Virus record (IMG/VR): IMGVR_UViG_3300037604_000053
Span: 1 to 41,604 of that record
DNA length: 41,604 nt
Origin: a virus
Lineage: Duplodnaviria; Caudoviricetes
Strand: one strand, 5' to 3'
This document shows, one piece after another, positions 25,852 to 36,151 of this stretch. The notes below the pieces were generated by a model. It was not told where the DNA came from. It saw only the letters and a list, made by a program, of their open reading frames with translations, and searched no databases. Numbering within the stretch: position 1 is the stretch's first letter; each line of letters begins with the position of its first letter. A program made the position numbers and the translations under genes.

Positions 25852-27704
25852 TGAATTATGCTGACATCAAATACCGTATCGGGGTGAATACCGATCATTT
25901 TGTCAAGGGGATTCGCGAGACCAAGCATCCCCTGATGAACCTGAAAAATGCGGTCGCGGGTATCGTATCGGTTGCGGCTTTGCGCGGTGCAAGTCGACAG
26001 TTTGGCGAGATTCTGTCCGATCTGGACAAAATTGCCAAGATGTCGAGCCGTGTAGGGTTGACCACCGATGCGCTGCAGGAATTGCGTTTCGCCGGTGAGC
26101 AAACCGGCGTTGCCACTCAGGCCCTCGATATTGGCATGCAGCGTTTTGCCCGCCGGATTGCAGAGGTGGCGGCGGGGGCTGACAATGATCTGGCGAAGGT
26201 CCTGAAAGCCAACAATATCGCCTTGAAGGACGGTAACGGTAACCTGCGTGACCAGGTGGATATCCTGGGGGATTATGCAAACCTCATCCAGAGGGCTGGC
26301 AACGAGCAGGACCGGACCCGTTTGGCCTTTCTCGCTTTCGACAGTGAGGGCGTTGCGCTGGTCAATACCCTCAAGGATGGGAAAGACGGCCTGGATGAAA
26401 TGCGCAAGTCTGCCCGCGATCTTGGTGTTGTCATTGACAAGGATGCGATAGCGGCAGCGGAACGGATGAATGACCGTTACAATGAGATCTTGTCCAGCCT
26501 GTCAGCGAAGTTCAAAGGTTTTGTTGTCAATACAGCCGACGGGTTCAATCATCTTTTAAATGATTTGAACGGTTCCAATAGTGTCAATGATTTGAACCGT
26601 AGACTGTCAGACCTGATTGCGCGTCGCGAGGAGGTGGTAAATCAGGGTACAGGAATAATCCCGGCCTTGTTTGGTGACAGTGCTGATGAGGTGGTTGAAC
26701 GGATTGATGACAATATTGCCAGGCTACAAGCGCAGCTGGCAGACGTCGACGCCTTTAACCGGGGTGTCAAAGAACGACGGAACAGTAATAATGGAAACAA
26801 CGGTTCTCCCACGGTAATTCCCGAAAAACCAACAGCCGAACAAGTGGCAGCGGAACGGAAGGCCGAAGCCCGCCGCAAACAACTTGCCCGGGATGCAGCC
26901 GCTCAGGCACGTGCATATGAAGAAGTTGTTCGCAGCCTGGAAATTGAATTTGAAAACCTGTCGCTGTCCTCGCAGCAGCAACGCATCAACAATGAGTTGA
27001 GGCGCGCGGGCGTTGACATTGCAAGTGATGAAGGTCGGCGTATTGCCGAACTGGTTACCGTTATTGATGCCGAAAATGCCGCCCGCGAGCGAACCACCCA
27101 TTTGCTGGATGAGCTGGAGCAGAGACAGGAAGCAATTCGCGAAAGTCAGGAATACCTGATCCAGTCTGCTGCCGATGTGGCGGGTGCCTTTACGGAAGGC
27201 GCGGATGAGGGGATTGAGGCACTCAAAAAACTGGGTATCCAGATCCTTGCCACGGCAGCACAGGCCCGTTTGCTTGGAACAGGTCCCCTGGCTGGCCTGA
27301 TACCCCAATCCGGTTTTGGCGGGTTTGCGGCATTTGGTTCGACTGGTGGCAGCATATCACCGTTGGCGTCTGCTGCCCTTGCCGCCGGCAGGGGAGGACT
27401 GTTCGCCAAGGGTGGTATCACTCATCAACCAGCAATCTTTGGCGAAGCAGGGCCGGAAGCTGCCGTTCCCCTTCCCGATGGCCGGTCGATACCCGTAACG
27501 ATCAAGACGCCAAACTTTGCCGGAATCGCGCAGCAGCATGTTTCGGTTCATCTGACCAGTCATGTGGATGCGCGGGGTGCTGATGCATCAAGTGTTGACC
27601 GGTTGCAAAAGGCGCTGGACGAGCGGGACCGACGCTTTTCCGACAATGTGCTGGCTGTCTTCAACAATGCCCGGTCACGAGGACTGTTGCAGGGGCGCGA
27701 CTGA
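25851..27704 (+). CDS. Tail tape measure protein
   Basis: 617 aa, helical and Ala-rich; C-terminal FAKGGI...IFGEAGPEAAVPLPDGRSIPV. Confidence 0.9.
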   Translation: MNYADIKYRIGVNTDHFVKGIRETKHPLMNLKNAVAGIVSVAALRGASRQFGEILSDLDKIAKMSSRVGLTTDALQELRFAGEQTGVATQALDIGMQRFARRIAEVAAGADNDLAKVLKANNIALKDGNGNLRDQVDILGDYANLIQRAGNEQDRTRLAFLAFDSEGVALVNTLKDGKDGLDEMRKSARDLGVVIDKDAIAAAERMNDRYNEILSSLSAKFKGFVVNTADGFNHLLNDLNGSNSVNDLNRRLSDLIARREEVVNQGTGIIPALFGDSADEVVERIDDNIARLQAQLADVDAFNRGVKERRNSNNGNNGSPTVIPEKPTAEQVAAERKAEARRKQLARDAAAQARAYEEVVRSLEIEFENLSLSSQQQRINNELRRAGVDIASDEGRRIAELVTVIDAENAARERTTHLLDELEQRQEAIRESQEYLIQSAADVAGAFTEGADEGIEALKKLGIQILATAAQARLLGTGPLAGLIPQSGFGGFAAFGSTGGSISPLASAALAAGRGGLFAKGGITHQPAIFGEAGPEAAVPLPDGRSIPVTIKTPNFAGIAQQHVSVHLTSHVDARGADASSVDRLQKALDERDRRFSDNVLAVFNNARSRGLLQGRD

Positions 27705-28339
27705 TGGCCATCACTTTCCCCAGACCGTTTCCCGATGACATCTACCTGCGCACACTGGCGCTCACACTTGTTGAGCCTGTAAAGCAATCACCGGTCGGTG
27801 GTGGCGGAGTGGAACGGTTGGGAGCATCGGGTGCCTACTGGAGGGGTACCTGGAAAACCGCTGTGCTGGAAGGCGAACAGATCGGCCTTGTGTCTGCCTG
27901 GCTCAACTCATTGGGTAACGGTGCAGAACTTTTTCTTGGCCGCGACACGCAACGCAAGGGTACGTACCGGCATGCCGATTTTTCAGAACTTGATCTGAAT
28001 GGGAATCCATTTGACGGGGAAACCGTGCTTGCAAGTGTGGTTTCCTCTGTTGAGATCACGTGTCGCCTGCCTGCAGGATTTACCCTTGTTCCCGGCGACC
28101 GGTTCCAGATGGTTGAAGGAAACTGGCACCAATTGCTTGAGGTTGCGGAACCGGTAAATGTTGTTTCCGAGGGGCTCGTGTCCGTTACCTTTCGTGCGCC
28201 CCTGCCAGTCGGTGTTTTCAATCCGGGTGCTGTGATCAGCTTTGCTGCTCCTGCTGCGAGGATGGTCCTGCAGCCGGTTGAAGATCCCGAACCTTCCGGT
28301 AGCGGATTCCGGTTTACGTTCTCGGGCCGGAGCATCTGA
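27704..28339 (+). CDS. Distal tail protein
   Basis: MAITFPRPFP N-terminus; position after the tape measure gene. Confidence 0.7.
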   Translation: MAITFPRPFPDDIYLRTLALTLVEPVKQSPVGGGGVERLGASGAYWRGTWKTAVLEGEQIGLVSAWLNSLGNGAELFLGRDTQRKGTYRHADFSELDLNGNPFDGETVLASVVSSVEITCRLPAGFTLVPGDRFQMVEGNWHQLLEVAEPVNVVSEGLVSVTFRAPLPVGVFNPGAVISFAAPAARMVLQPVEDPEPSGSGFRFTFSGRSI

Positions 28340-28938
28340 TGCGCAGTTTGCCAACAGCCGTTGAAAATGCGTTTGAGGCGAATGGCATTGCGCCGGCACT
28401 GCTGGTGCAATTCGTCTTTCCTGAAGGCACATACGGCCTGTGGACGGGGCGGGGTTTACTGGAGTGGAACGGGTTTACCTATAAAGGTATTGACCGGATC
28501 ATAGGGTTCTCGGGTGACGAGGACACCAGTGGCAACGAAGCGCGCGGGGCAATATTGAGCCTGTCGCAGATACCGGCTGACCGGGTGCCCGATGACTGGT
28601 TCGAAAGCCTTGAAAACCTGACCTATGACAACGCACCCTGTAACCTGACCTGGCTCGCTTTTGATATCCGGACACACGAGCTGTTGGGCCTGTTGAAATT
28701 CACAGCCTACGAGATTGATACGGTATCCTATCCCGAGGGTGGTCAGGGTGCTGACGGAGTGTCCGAGATATCCATTGAAATCGCCTTGGAAACCGCCAAC
28801 CGCAACCTGGAAGCATCAACCGGTACAAGGCGTTCGGATGAAGACCAGAAACGGCACAATGACCCGGCCGACAGGGCGTTTGAAAAAGCTGCTGTTGGTA
28901 ACCGGTACCGCCTTGAATTCGGACAGATACGCGGATGA
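28339..28938 (+). CDS. Tail tip / baseplate hub protein
   Basis: GLWTGRGLLEWNGFTYKG...RRSDEDQKR...DRAFE. Confidence 0.72.
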   Translation: MRSLPTAVENAFEANGIAPALLVQFVFPEGTYGLWTGRGLLEWNGFTYKGIDRIIGFSGDEDTSGNEARGAILSLSQIPADRVPDDWFESLENLTYDNAPCNLTWLAFDIRTHELLGLLKFTAYEIDTVSYPEGGQGADGVSEISIEIALETANRNLEASTGTRRSDEDQKRHNDPADRAFEKAAVGNRYRLEFGQIRG

Positions 28939-29360
28939 TTGATCACCCGACCATGAAACGACTTGTAGCGCATGTCGAGGCAAGCCGGGTTGCTCCCTTT
29001 GGTTGGTCCAGCGCTGACTGCCTGACGATGTGCCTTGGCATTGTCGATATTGTTGCAGGCGGCAATCTGGTTGATGAGTATCGCGGAACCTATGAAAACC
29101 GGTTCGGGGCATTGCGCAGACTCATGAGGGAAGGTTATTCCGGTCTGGACGGCTTTCTGGAATCCCTTCCGCATCTGGCTCCGGTCCCAGCGGGAGAAAT
29201 GCGGGTGTTCGATCTGGCTGTTGGCCATGATGCTGACGGGGGGCAGCATCTCGGCTTTTGCGGTGGCCCGTGGATTGAAACCAAGACTGAAAGTGGTCCC
29301 TTGCACATCCCGCCCGGCCGCGTTTCATCCGTTTGCCGAATTAGGCCGGCCAGTCTCTGA
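28935..29360 (+). CDS. NlpC/P60-like tail-associated protein
   Basis: PFGWSSADCL catalytic Cys, YRGTY and HLGF His. Confidence 0.8.
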   Translation: MIDHPTMKRLVAHVEASRVAPFGWSSADCLTMCLGIVDIVAGGNLVDEYRGTYENRFGALRRLMREGYSGLDGFLESLPHLAPVPAGEMRVFDLAVGHDADGGQHLGFCGGPWIETKTESGPLHIPPGRVSSVCRIRPASL

Positions 29361-30916
29361 TGGTCATTTTCTCCGCCATAGCAAGTGTGTTTACGGCAAT
29401 CGGTTTTTCCGTTGCCACGGCCGGTTTTCTGGCAAACACAATTGTCACGCTTGGGCTTTCGCTGCTTCAGTCCCGGCTTTCGCGGCCGGAAAAGACGACG
29501 CGAACAGCAGTTGAGGGCGACCTTGAACTTGGTGCCGATGTTTTCAGTTCTGTGGTTTATGGCAAGGCGAAGCTTGAAGGGCAGTTGCTGCATTACAACA
29601 AGTACGGATCCGGCAACAGCCACAACCAGTTTGTGTTCGTGCTTTCCAATGGCTGGTGCGACGGGCTGGAACCCCATGTGATTATCAATGACAAGAAACA
29701 CGACCTGGTTGAACTGCCAGTGGTCAACAATGAAACCGCCCGGTACCGCATTGACGGGTACAGTGACAATATCATCATCCGGTTCTATGACGGGCGGCCG
29801 GGTCAGACCGCCGATCCGGAGCTTGTCACCCATGCAAACCCGTCTGACAACTGGACCACGGACCACAAGGTTGCCGGACATGCATATGTTTCAGTCACGC
29901 ACCGGTACTCGCAGGCACTCTATCCATCAGGGATTCCCAAACTGGAATTCATCTTGCGTGGATTGCGTTGCTACGACTTCCGCAAGGACTCCACTGTAGG
30001 TGGAAGTGGTTCGCACCGCATTGATGATCCGGCTACATGGGAGTTTACGGAAAACCCTGTCATTCACCGGTTCAATCACGAGATTGGCTTGCGCGGCCTT
30101 CATTCCGGCAAGGTGATGATCGGCATGGGCAAGAGCCTCGCCGAAACCGATCTGGCAACCTACACGTTCTCGGCCAATGCGGCAGACGCGGAGCGGGTTG
30201 CAGACGGGGTGACCGTCAAGACCTACATTGCCGGCTCACGTGCGTTTTCCAACCGGACACATCGCAGTTTCCTCGACATGATGGATGGCGCTATTGCCGG
30301 TTATGGCGTTGAACGGGGCGGACTGTCCGGTGTCATTGCAGGCGCGATCCAGATACCGGGAGGCGAACTTCTTGAAAGTGATATCCGCCTTGATGAGAAG
30401 TTTGCACCCCAGCCCCGCCGCTCACGGGCCGAGCGTTTCAACCAGCTTTCGGGCATTTACAAGAATCCCGATGCCTTGTGGGAGAACGATTCCTATACAC
30501 CCGTTATCTCCGATGCGGCTGTAGCGATAGACAAGCGTGAACTTCCTTCAACACTTGATCTTCCGCAGATACCGGGCGCAGCCCAGGCGCAACTGGTTGC
30601 AGATATCCGGTTTCGCCAGAACCGCTACATGGCGCAGATCAACCGGATACCGGTCACATTCCGAGCGGCCATAAGGTGGGAAGTTGGTGACTGGCTGAAC
30701 TTTCGTGGCAAGACATGGCTTGTTACCAAGGTTGGCGCGGATGCGCGATTGAACGGCTATATCAGCCTTGCGGAAACCTCTGCCGATATCTTTGACCCGG
30801 AAGGATTGTTGAACCCGCCGCAAACCATTCCTCCCACTTCGCCGGGATCGGCACCCGTAACCACCACAGTGGCTGGCCTCACCATTGCGAACATCACAAT
30901 CAGTGAACCCATATGA
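29360..30916 (+). CDS. Central tail tip protein (gpJ-like), N-terminal part
   Basis: VVYGKAKLEG, LRGLRCYDFRKDSTVGGSGSHRIDDPATWEFTENP and RFNQLSGIYKNP. Confidence 0.85.
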   Translation: MVIFSAIASVFTAIGFSVATAGFLANTIVTLGLSLLQSRLSRPEKTTRTAVEGDLELGADVFSSVVYGKAKLEGQLLHYNKYGSGNSHNQFVFVLSNGWCDGLEPHVIINDKKHDLVELPVVNNETARYRIDGYSDNIIIRFYDGRPGQTADPELVTHANPSDNWTTDHKVAGHAYVSVTHRYSQALYPSGIPKLEFILRGLRCYDFRKDSTVGGSGSHRIDDPATWEFTENPVIHRFNHEIGLRGLHSGKVMIGMGKSLAETDLATYTFSANAADAERVADGVTVKTYIAGSRAFSNRTHRSFLDMMDGAIAGYGVERGGLSGVIAGAIQIPGGELLESDIRLDEKFAPQPRRSRAERFNQLSGIYKNPDALWENDSYTPVISDAAVAIDKRELPSTLDLPQIPGAAQAQLVADIRFRQNRYMAQINRIPVTFRAAIRWEVGDWLNFRGKTWLVTKVGADARLNGYISLAETSADIFDPEGLLNPPQTIPPTSPGSAPVTTTVAGLTIANITISEPI

Positions 30917-31860
30917 GCAACCGGCAGATACCCGCTCTCCGCTTTGGCTATACGGTTCCGAATGATCCGGAAGTGGTGGCTGTCCTGTTTCAGTACCGGG
31001 CGGTCAACAGTGACAGGATATTCCACGCAATCGACCGCAATCTTGATGGCGAGATGATTGTGAGCGAGGGAATATTCGGGGGGCAGCTATATGAGGTGCG
31101 GGCTGCTGTTGAAACGGTTCCTCCGCGCTCCCTTGCTTACGGTCAGTGGATCCGGACGGCAGGGCAGTCTGAATTCCCGAGTGTTGAACTGAAGCAGTGG
31201 CGGGAAGATGCCATTGCTGCGATCAGCCGGCATGCAAACCAGCTTCAGCGCTTTCACCAGCTCATTGATGAGTTGACATCAGCACAGCAGGCGACAGCGC
31301 TTGAAGAAAACATTCACCGCCGGGAACTGGCTACCAGAACCGACAATACGGAAGCGCTCATTGTCGAGGAACAGCAGGTGCGGGCAACAGCGGTTGCTGC
31401 CCTCGCCAGTGACATAACACTACTTAGCGCCTCAGTTGGTGACAATGCGGCTGCGATTGTTCAGGAAGCCGTAGCCAGAGCGGATGCGATTACTGCAGAA
31501 GCCGCTGCTAGAACGGCGGCAATCGCGGAGATAGACACAGAAATTGCGGAAGGTCTGTTTGATATTCAGGCTGTGGCTGCTCCTGGTGGCGTCGAGGTGC
31601 GACTTGCCATGCTGGCGCGGGCTTCCACCGGGGGTTCTTTCGAGGAAGCCGGGGTTTTCATTGATGTGATCAGCGATGGCCTTGGCGGGTTTTACAGCAC
31701 AATCACGAACAAGGCTGACAGTTTCCGGGTTACGGATGCCAATGATGACCTGATATTTGGAACGGTTGGCGGTGACTTTGTTTCGAACGCCATTATCCGT
31801 TCACCTGACGGAAAATTTGTCATTGATCCGGTCAACAAGATTATCGAGTGGACTGTATGA
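30913..31860 (+). CDS. Central tail tip protein, C-terminal part (FnIII-like, coiled coil, beta domain)
   Basis: IPALRFGY...YEVRA; EEQQVRATA/QEAVARADA coiled-coil repeats; KADSFRV. Confidence 0.75.
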   Translation: MSNRQIPALRFGYTVPNDPEVVAVLFQYRAVNSDRIFHAIDRNLDGEMIVSEGIFGGQLYEVRAAVETVPPRSLAYGQWIRTAGQSEFPSVELKQWREDAIAAISRHANQLQRFHQLIDELTSAQQATALEENIHRRELATRTDNTEALIVEEQQVRATAVAALASDITLLSASVGDNAAAIVQEAVARADAITAEAAARTAAIAEIDTEIAEGLFDIQAVAAPGGVEVRLAMLARASTGGSFEEAGVFIDVISDGLGGFYSTITNKADSFRVTDANDDLIFGTVGGDFVSNAIIRSPDGKFVIDPVNKIIEWTV

Positions 31861-33407
31861 GCAAGATCCGTTTCCAGTACGAAGACGGATTTGGACCGGT
31901 ACTAAAGGTTCTGGCGGACAGTTCCGACGATCCGGATGCTGTTGATGATGATCTGTTTGACCGGTTTCGGTTTAACTCCAAAAGAGCCGACCTGACACCT
32001 GTTATTACCGTCATGAACGGCGAAGATGTGCCGAATGGTCCGTTTGGGCTACCCAGATACCTTACGGACGGGAATGGCTTTTGGTGGTCCCGTTCCGTCG
32101 GTTTTGTTTTCAAGAACTCAGAGAGCAGTTTCGACATACCGAACATGCCTGCTTTCGATTTCTACATCGAGAACCCGAATGACGGCTGGAACTATCCAAA
32201 CTATTGGGCCTCTGATGGCGCTGGTGGTGGTAACAACGTATGGGGATCAGCATACAAGGCATCATATCTCGGGGATGCTCCTGTGGAGTTGCGAGGCTAC
32301 TACGGCCCGATAACCACAACTCCACAGGACAGAACATTTGACTGGTCTGTATCAGCATCAATCAATCATCACGGATGGTCCGAGTTGCATTCATCGGTAC
32401 GCACAAAAATTGTACTGCTGGACCTGCCGATTAATGAAAACGAATTCCCGCCACGTAATGACGGTTCCGGTCCTGATGTTCCTGCGGCAACCTTTGATTT
32501 CATAACCGAAGCAGAAATACCCTGGGACAATGGGGGTACACCCGTTGCCGACCAGAAGGTGCTGAGATTTGCACAGGACAGCATCAAGCTTGCCAGACCG
32601 GGTTATGATGTTTCGTCTGCCACCGGGAACGAACTGATCTTTGGTGGCGTACCCAGGCCCCTCATGTATTTCAGCAAGCGGATAACCTTTGCTGGCGGGG
32701 AGACTAAAACTTTCACTCTTCCGGATGAGACGCCGGCCAATGCGGTATGTCTCATGCAATGGCAACCGGCTGGAGCCACGTCCCGGTTTCTGCCTTCCAT
32801 CATGATTGGCAGTTCAAATCAGGGCGTAAACTTTGAGTTTCGCTGGAAAATCCAGAGCGGGAACCTGATTGTTTACAATCGTCGTCCGACAAGTACCGAT
32901 GTGTTGTTACTGGTACTCGGGACAGAACCACACACTGCAAGCAGCAATGACCAGATACAGAAAGTTGTTTCAGGCTCCGACGAACATCTGAGGTTTGTTG
33001 ACCAGGGCAATGTCATTCTTGATGACCGCTATGGATATCTTCCCATCATCAAGGCTGGCACAATTGACTTGCGGGCGTACCCGTCACCGCTATACAGGAC
33101 AGTCACATTTCCTCAGCAAGATTACATTCCTTTCGTGCTTGCCTGGTACAATATGCGATACCGGTATTCGTTCGCACTCGGGGGTGGTGTTGGATATGCC
33201 GACGCCCATTATCGTCAGGGTTTCAGCTACAAGCGGGACGCAAACGATATTGAGTACAACGACAATTTCTCGGCCAATGTCACAGACAGTGACGTGACCT
33301 TTTACTACCACTCAACGGGCGTCGTTGAGGGGCCAAACGCCATCTCGGTGACCTACTTCCCGTTAAGCATCGGGTACTACGTCTTCGGCGTTCCAAGCTT
33401 CGACTAA
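31857..33407 (+). CDS. Tail protein / putative receptor-binding protein
   Basis: Beta-rich and aromatic; IKLARPGYDVSSATGNELIF motif; ATGA overlap. Confidence 0.7.
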   Translation: MSKIRFQYEDGFGPVLKVLADSSDDPDAVDDDLFDRFRFNSKRADLTPVITVMNGEDVPNGPFGLPRYLTDGNGFWWSRSVGFVFKNSESSFDIPNMPAFDFYIENPNDGWNYPNYWASDGAGGGNNVWGSAYKASYLGDAPVELRGYYGPITTTPQDRTFDWSVSASINHHGWSELHSSVRTKIVLLDLPINENEFPPRNDGSGPDVPAATFDFITEAEIPWDNGGTPVADQKVLRFAQDSIKLARPGYDVSSATGNELIFGGVPRPLMYFSKRITFAGGETKTFTLPDETPANAVCLMQWQPAGATSRFLPSIMIGSSNQGVNFEFRWKIQSGNLIVYNRRPTSTDVLLLVLGTEPHTASSNDQIQKVVSGSDEHLRFVDQGNVILDDRYGYLPIIKAGTIDLRAYPSPLYRTVTFPQQDYIPFVLAWYNMRYRYSFALGGGVGYADAHYRQGFSYKRDANDIEYNDNFSANVTDSDVTFYYHSTGVVEGPNAISVTYFPLSIGYYVFGVPSFD

Positions 33408-33422
33408 ATCAGAGAGAACACA

Positions 33423-35750
33423 ATGTCTGAGTCCTTTATCAGCGAAGGCACGATCACGCTTGCCAACGATTCTGCGGACGTTATCGGCAATGGCACCAAT
33501 TTTATCATTGCCGGCGTATCGGCTGGTGACGAATTGTACGACACGGCAACCGGTGAGAAATCCATTGTCCTGTCCGTGGAGTCCGATACTGCCCTGACGC
33601 TTGCTTTCCCGTGGCGCTTTACCGGCGGGGCAGGGCGGGACTTCATGATTGTCCTGCGCGGCAGCTCATCCCGGGCGGCTGAAAACAGTACCAAGCTTCG
33701 GAAGCTGCTGGAACAGATCGAGATTGGCGCTTATGTGCTGACCGGAGATTACGACAATGGCCGGGCGTACAACCTGGGTGATCTTGCCCGTGATCAGGGT
33801 GCCTTGTGGCTGCGGATCAAGGCTGGAACAGGCAATGCGCCGCCCACACTGCCAACAGAAAGCGATGAGTTCTGGGAGTTGTTTCTGCCTACTGTTCAGG
33901 GTGATCCGGGTGATAATGCAACCATTTCTGTTGGAACGGTCACGACGCTTGATCCGGGAGAGGATGCCACAGTTGAGAATGTCGGTAGCCCAACTGCTGC
34001 TGAATTCAACTTCGGAATTCCGAAAGGAGACACCGGGGCAGTCGAGAATTGGACAGGCCCATACGACAATGGGAGGTCTTATGTCACAAATGAAATTGCT
34101 TCTCAGCAAGATTCATCGTGGGTAGCCAGGCAACCTACTACCGGGAATCCTCCACCAACCCTGCCAACCACTGAAAATGCACATTGGCGGTTGGTTGCCA
34201 AAAAGGCTGATGCAACTGTGCCGGACAGGATCGGACCATATGCAGCAGACGTTACAGTTACTGACGCCAATGACCATAAAGTAAATGGGTGGGCCAGGAT
34301 TTTGATAGGTGGAGCGAACACGCCTTATTCTGAAAGTGTGCCCAGCGCCCCGAACGCTGCTTTTGTCCTTTTCCATCATGCCTTCAATCCAACGTTTGGG
34401 GTGCAAATGGCAATTGCCATTCAGGGGGATCACGGGGAAGGTGTTCCGAGCTATTCATTCATCCGAGAATATGATGGTGACGCATGGAGGGCTTGGAAGC
34501 GTGACTATCGAACCATTGATGATCTCAACGACTACATAAAAACTGCTGGAAGACTTGCCGAATTTTCTTCAGACAATGAAGTTGCTGATGCAAATGACCA
34601 CCGTGTCAATGGTTGGGCGTATTCAACCGGGAATAACCCAAACAACCCGGAAGTGGCGTATGGGTTTGTTTTGCACTACACAGCACGAAACGCGGCTTAC
34701 GGTATCCAAGATGCCTACGGCATTAAGTCGGGCGATGACACGCTTGTGAGTTCACTTCACTGGCGCAGAGAGTACGACAATGGAACGTGGAGGGCTTGGC
34801 AGAAGGTCCACAACACTATAGCGGACCTTGACGATGCAGTCCCAATTTTCAACAACGGCCATCTGAAATTTTCTCCCGCGCTTTTTGATGAAGTTGCTGC
34901 CGCTAGTCCAGACACTGGAGTTTATCTTGGGCGAGTAAATGTTGGATCACACTTATTGTTCATCGGTGCAACTGGCTCACACGCTGAACGGTCCATAATG
35001 CTCACATTCACCAAAAACTACAATTCAGCCACAGCAGGTTCAAAGGATGAAAATTTCATCATTGCCAACCGTTGGGGTTCGTCGTCTCACCAAGTAAGTT
35101 TCCATGCTGTCACCGTTGATGCTGTAAGTGCTGACTTGTTCATGCTCTACGATATCCCGAATGGAGCAGCGACAAGCAATTTCATACGTTGGTCTGTGAT
35201 AGCCAATGGATTGAATAGGGCTGGATTTTCAAGACCGGCTAGCGTGACTGTCCCAACATTGGATGCGTCCAATGAGATTATCCCAAAGGTTGACGTTTTT
35301 GAGGACTCAGTAACTTTTGCAGATGCAATCAACATTCTTGGCAATCTTGTTCTCCATGAGGGGAATATCGCTACCGCGAACAACTTCAAAAACAACACTG
35401 CTGAAAAGCTTCTGGAAACGGGTTCTGTCTGGGGCGCTGTTGGTGAGATCACGCTTACTGATTCCGCGACAATTAGCGTCAACATAGCAGACTTTATAAA
35501 CGCCAAGGTCACGCTCGGGGGCAATCGCACACTTGGCAACCCCTTCAACACGAAAGCTGGGCATACTGGATACATTCGCATTATCCAGGATGCGACAGGG
35601 AGCCGGACACTTTCTTTCGGGGCCAATTGGAAGTTTGCCGGAGGCGTTGCCCCTGTCCTGTCCACTGCTGCCAATGCCGTGGACATGCTGTTCTACACGA
35701 TCCTTCCTGATGGAACCGCCTTTGGCTCACTTGTGAAGGATATCCAATGA
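33423..35750 (+). CDS. Tail fibre protein with duplicated modules
   Basis: GTITLANDSADVIGNGTNF anchor; two YDNGRxY...PPTLPT...W repeats; two DANDHxVNGW...WRAW repeats; C-terminal VTLGGNRTL...QDATGSRTLSFG..WKF domain. Confidence 0.85.
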   Translation: MSESFISEGTITLANDSADVIGNGTNFIIAGVSAGDELYDTATGEKSIVLSVESDTALTLAFPWRFTGGAGRDFMIVLRGSSSRAAENSTKLRKLLEQIEIGAYVLTGDYDNGRAYNLGDLARDQGALWLRIKAGTGNAPPTLPTESDEFWELFLPTVQGDPGDNATISVGTVTTLDPGEDATVENVGSPTAAEFNFGIPKGDTGAVENWTGPYDNGRSYVTNEIASQQDSSWVARQPTTGNPPPTLPTTENAHWRLVAKKADATVPDRIGPYAADVTVTDANDHKVNGWARILIGGANTPYSESVPSAPNAAFVLFHHAFNPTFGVQMAIAIQGDHGEGVPSYSFIREYDGDAWRAWKRDYRTIDDLNDYIKTAGRLAEFSSDNEVADANDHRVNGWAYSTGNNPNNPEVAYGFVLHYTARNAAYGIQDAYGIKSGDDTLVSSLHWRREYDNGTWRAWQKVHNTIADLDDAVPIFNNGHLKFSPALFDEVAAASPDTGVYLGRVNVGSHLLFIGATGSHAERSIMLTFTKNYNSATAGSKDENFIIANRWGSSSHQVSFHAVTVDAVSADLFMLYDIPNGAATSNFIRWSVIANGLNRAGFSRPASVTVPTLDASNEIIPKVDVFEDSVTFADAINILGNLVLHEGNIATANNFKNNTAEKLLETGSVWGAVGEITLTDSATISVNIADFINAKVTLGGNRTLGNPFNTKAGHTGYIRIIQDATGSRTLSFGANWKFAGGVAPVLSTAANAVDMLFYTILPDGTAFGSLVKDIQ

Positions 35751-36151
35751 TCAGAAACATTGACACGAAAGAAGTGTGGAACGGAGAGCCGATTGACGAG
35801 GTTCGCCATCCAAAATCCATTGCCACACTTTGGACGGATGCAGAACTGGCCGAAATCGGCCTTGAACGCTTCACTCCTGAATTCCCGGAGCCAGATCCGG
35901 TTGAACCATTGTCCATCCCGCTTAACCCGGTCCAGTTTGAGGCCGTTTTGAACATGACCGGCAAACGGGCTGAAATTGACCTGGCCGTTGAAGCGATGGA
36001 AGAACCTGCCCGTTCTATCGCCAAGGCCAAGATTGCACGTTCTCAATCCTATGACCGCGATGATCCGCTTTTTGCCTCGCTTGCTGCCGCTATCGAAATG
36101 ACGGAAACGGAACTGGATGGCCTGTGGCTTCAGGCACTGGAGATAGAATAG
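35747..36151 (+). CDS. Tail fibre-associated / assembly protein
   Basis: HPKSIATLWTDAELAEIGL and RDDPLFASLAAAIEMTETELDGLW. Confidence 0.7.
   Translation: MIRNIDTKEVWNGEPIDEVRHPKSIATLWTDAELAEIGLERFTPEFPEPDPVEPLSIPLNPVQFEAVLNMTGKRAEIDLAVEAMEEPARSIAKAKIARSQSYDRDDPLFASLAAAIEMTETELDGLWLQALEIE

Noticed and set aside
33423-35750. Diversity-generating retroelement or invertible fibre cassette
   Set aside because: No reverse transcriptase or invertase. The repeats are diverged in-frame domain duplications, not adenine-specific TR/VR pairs or inverted crossover sites.
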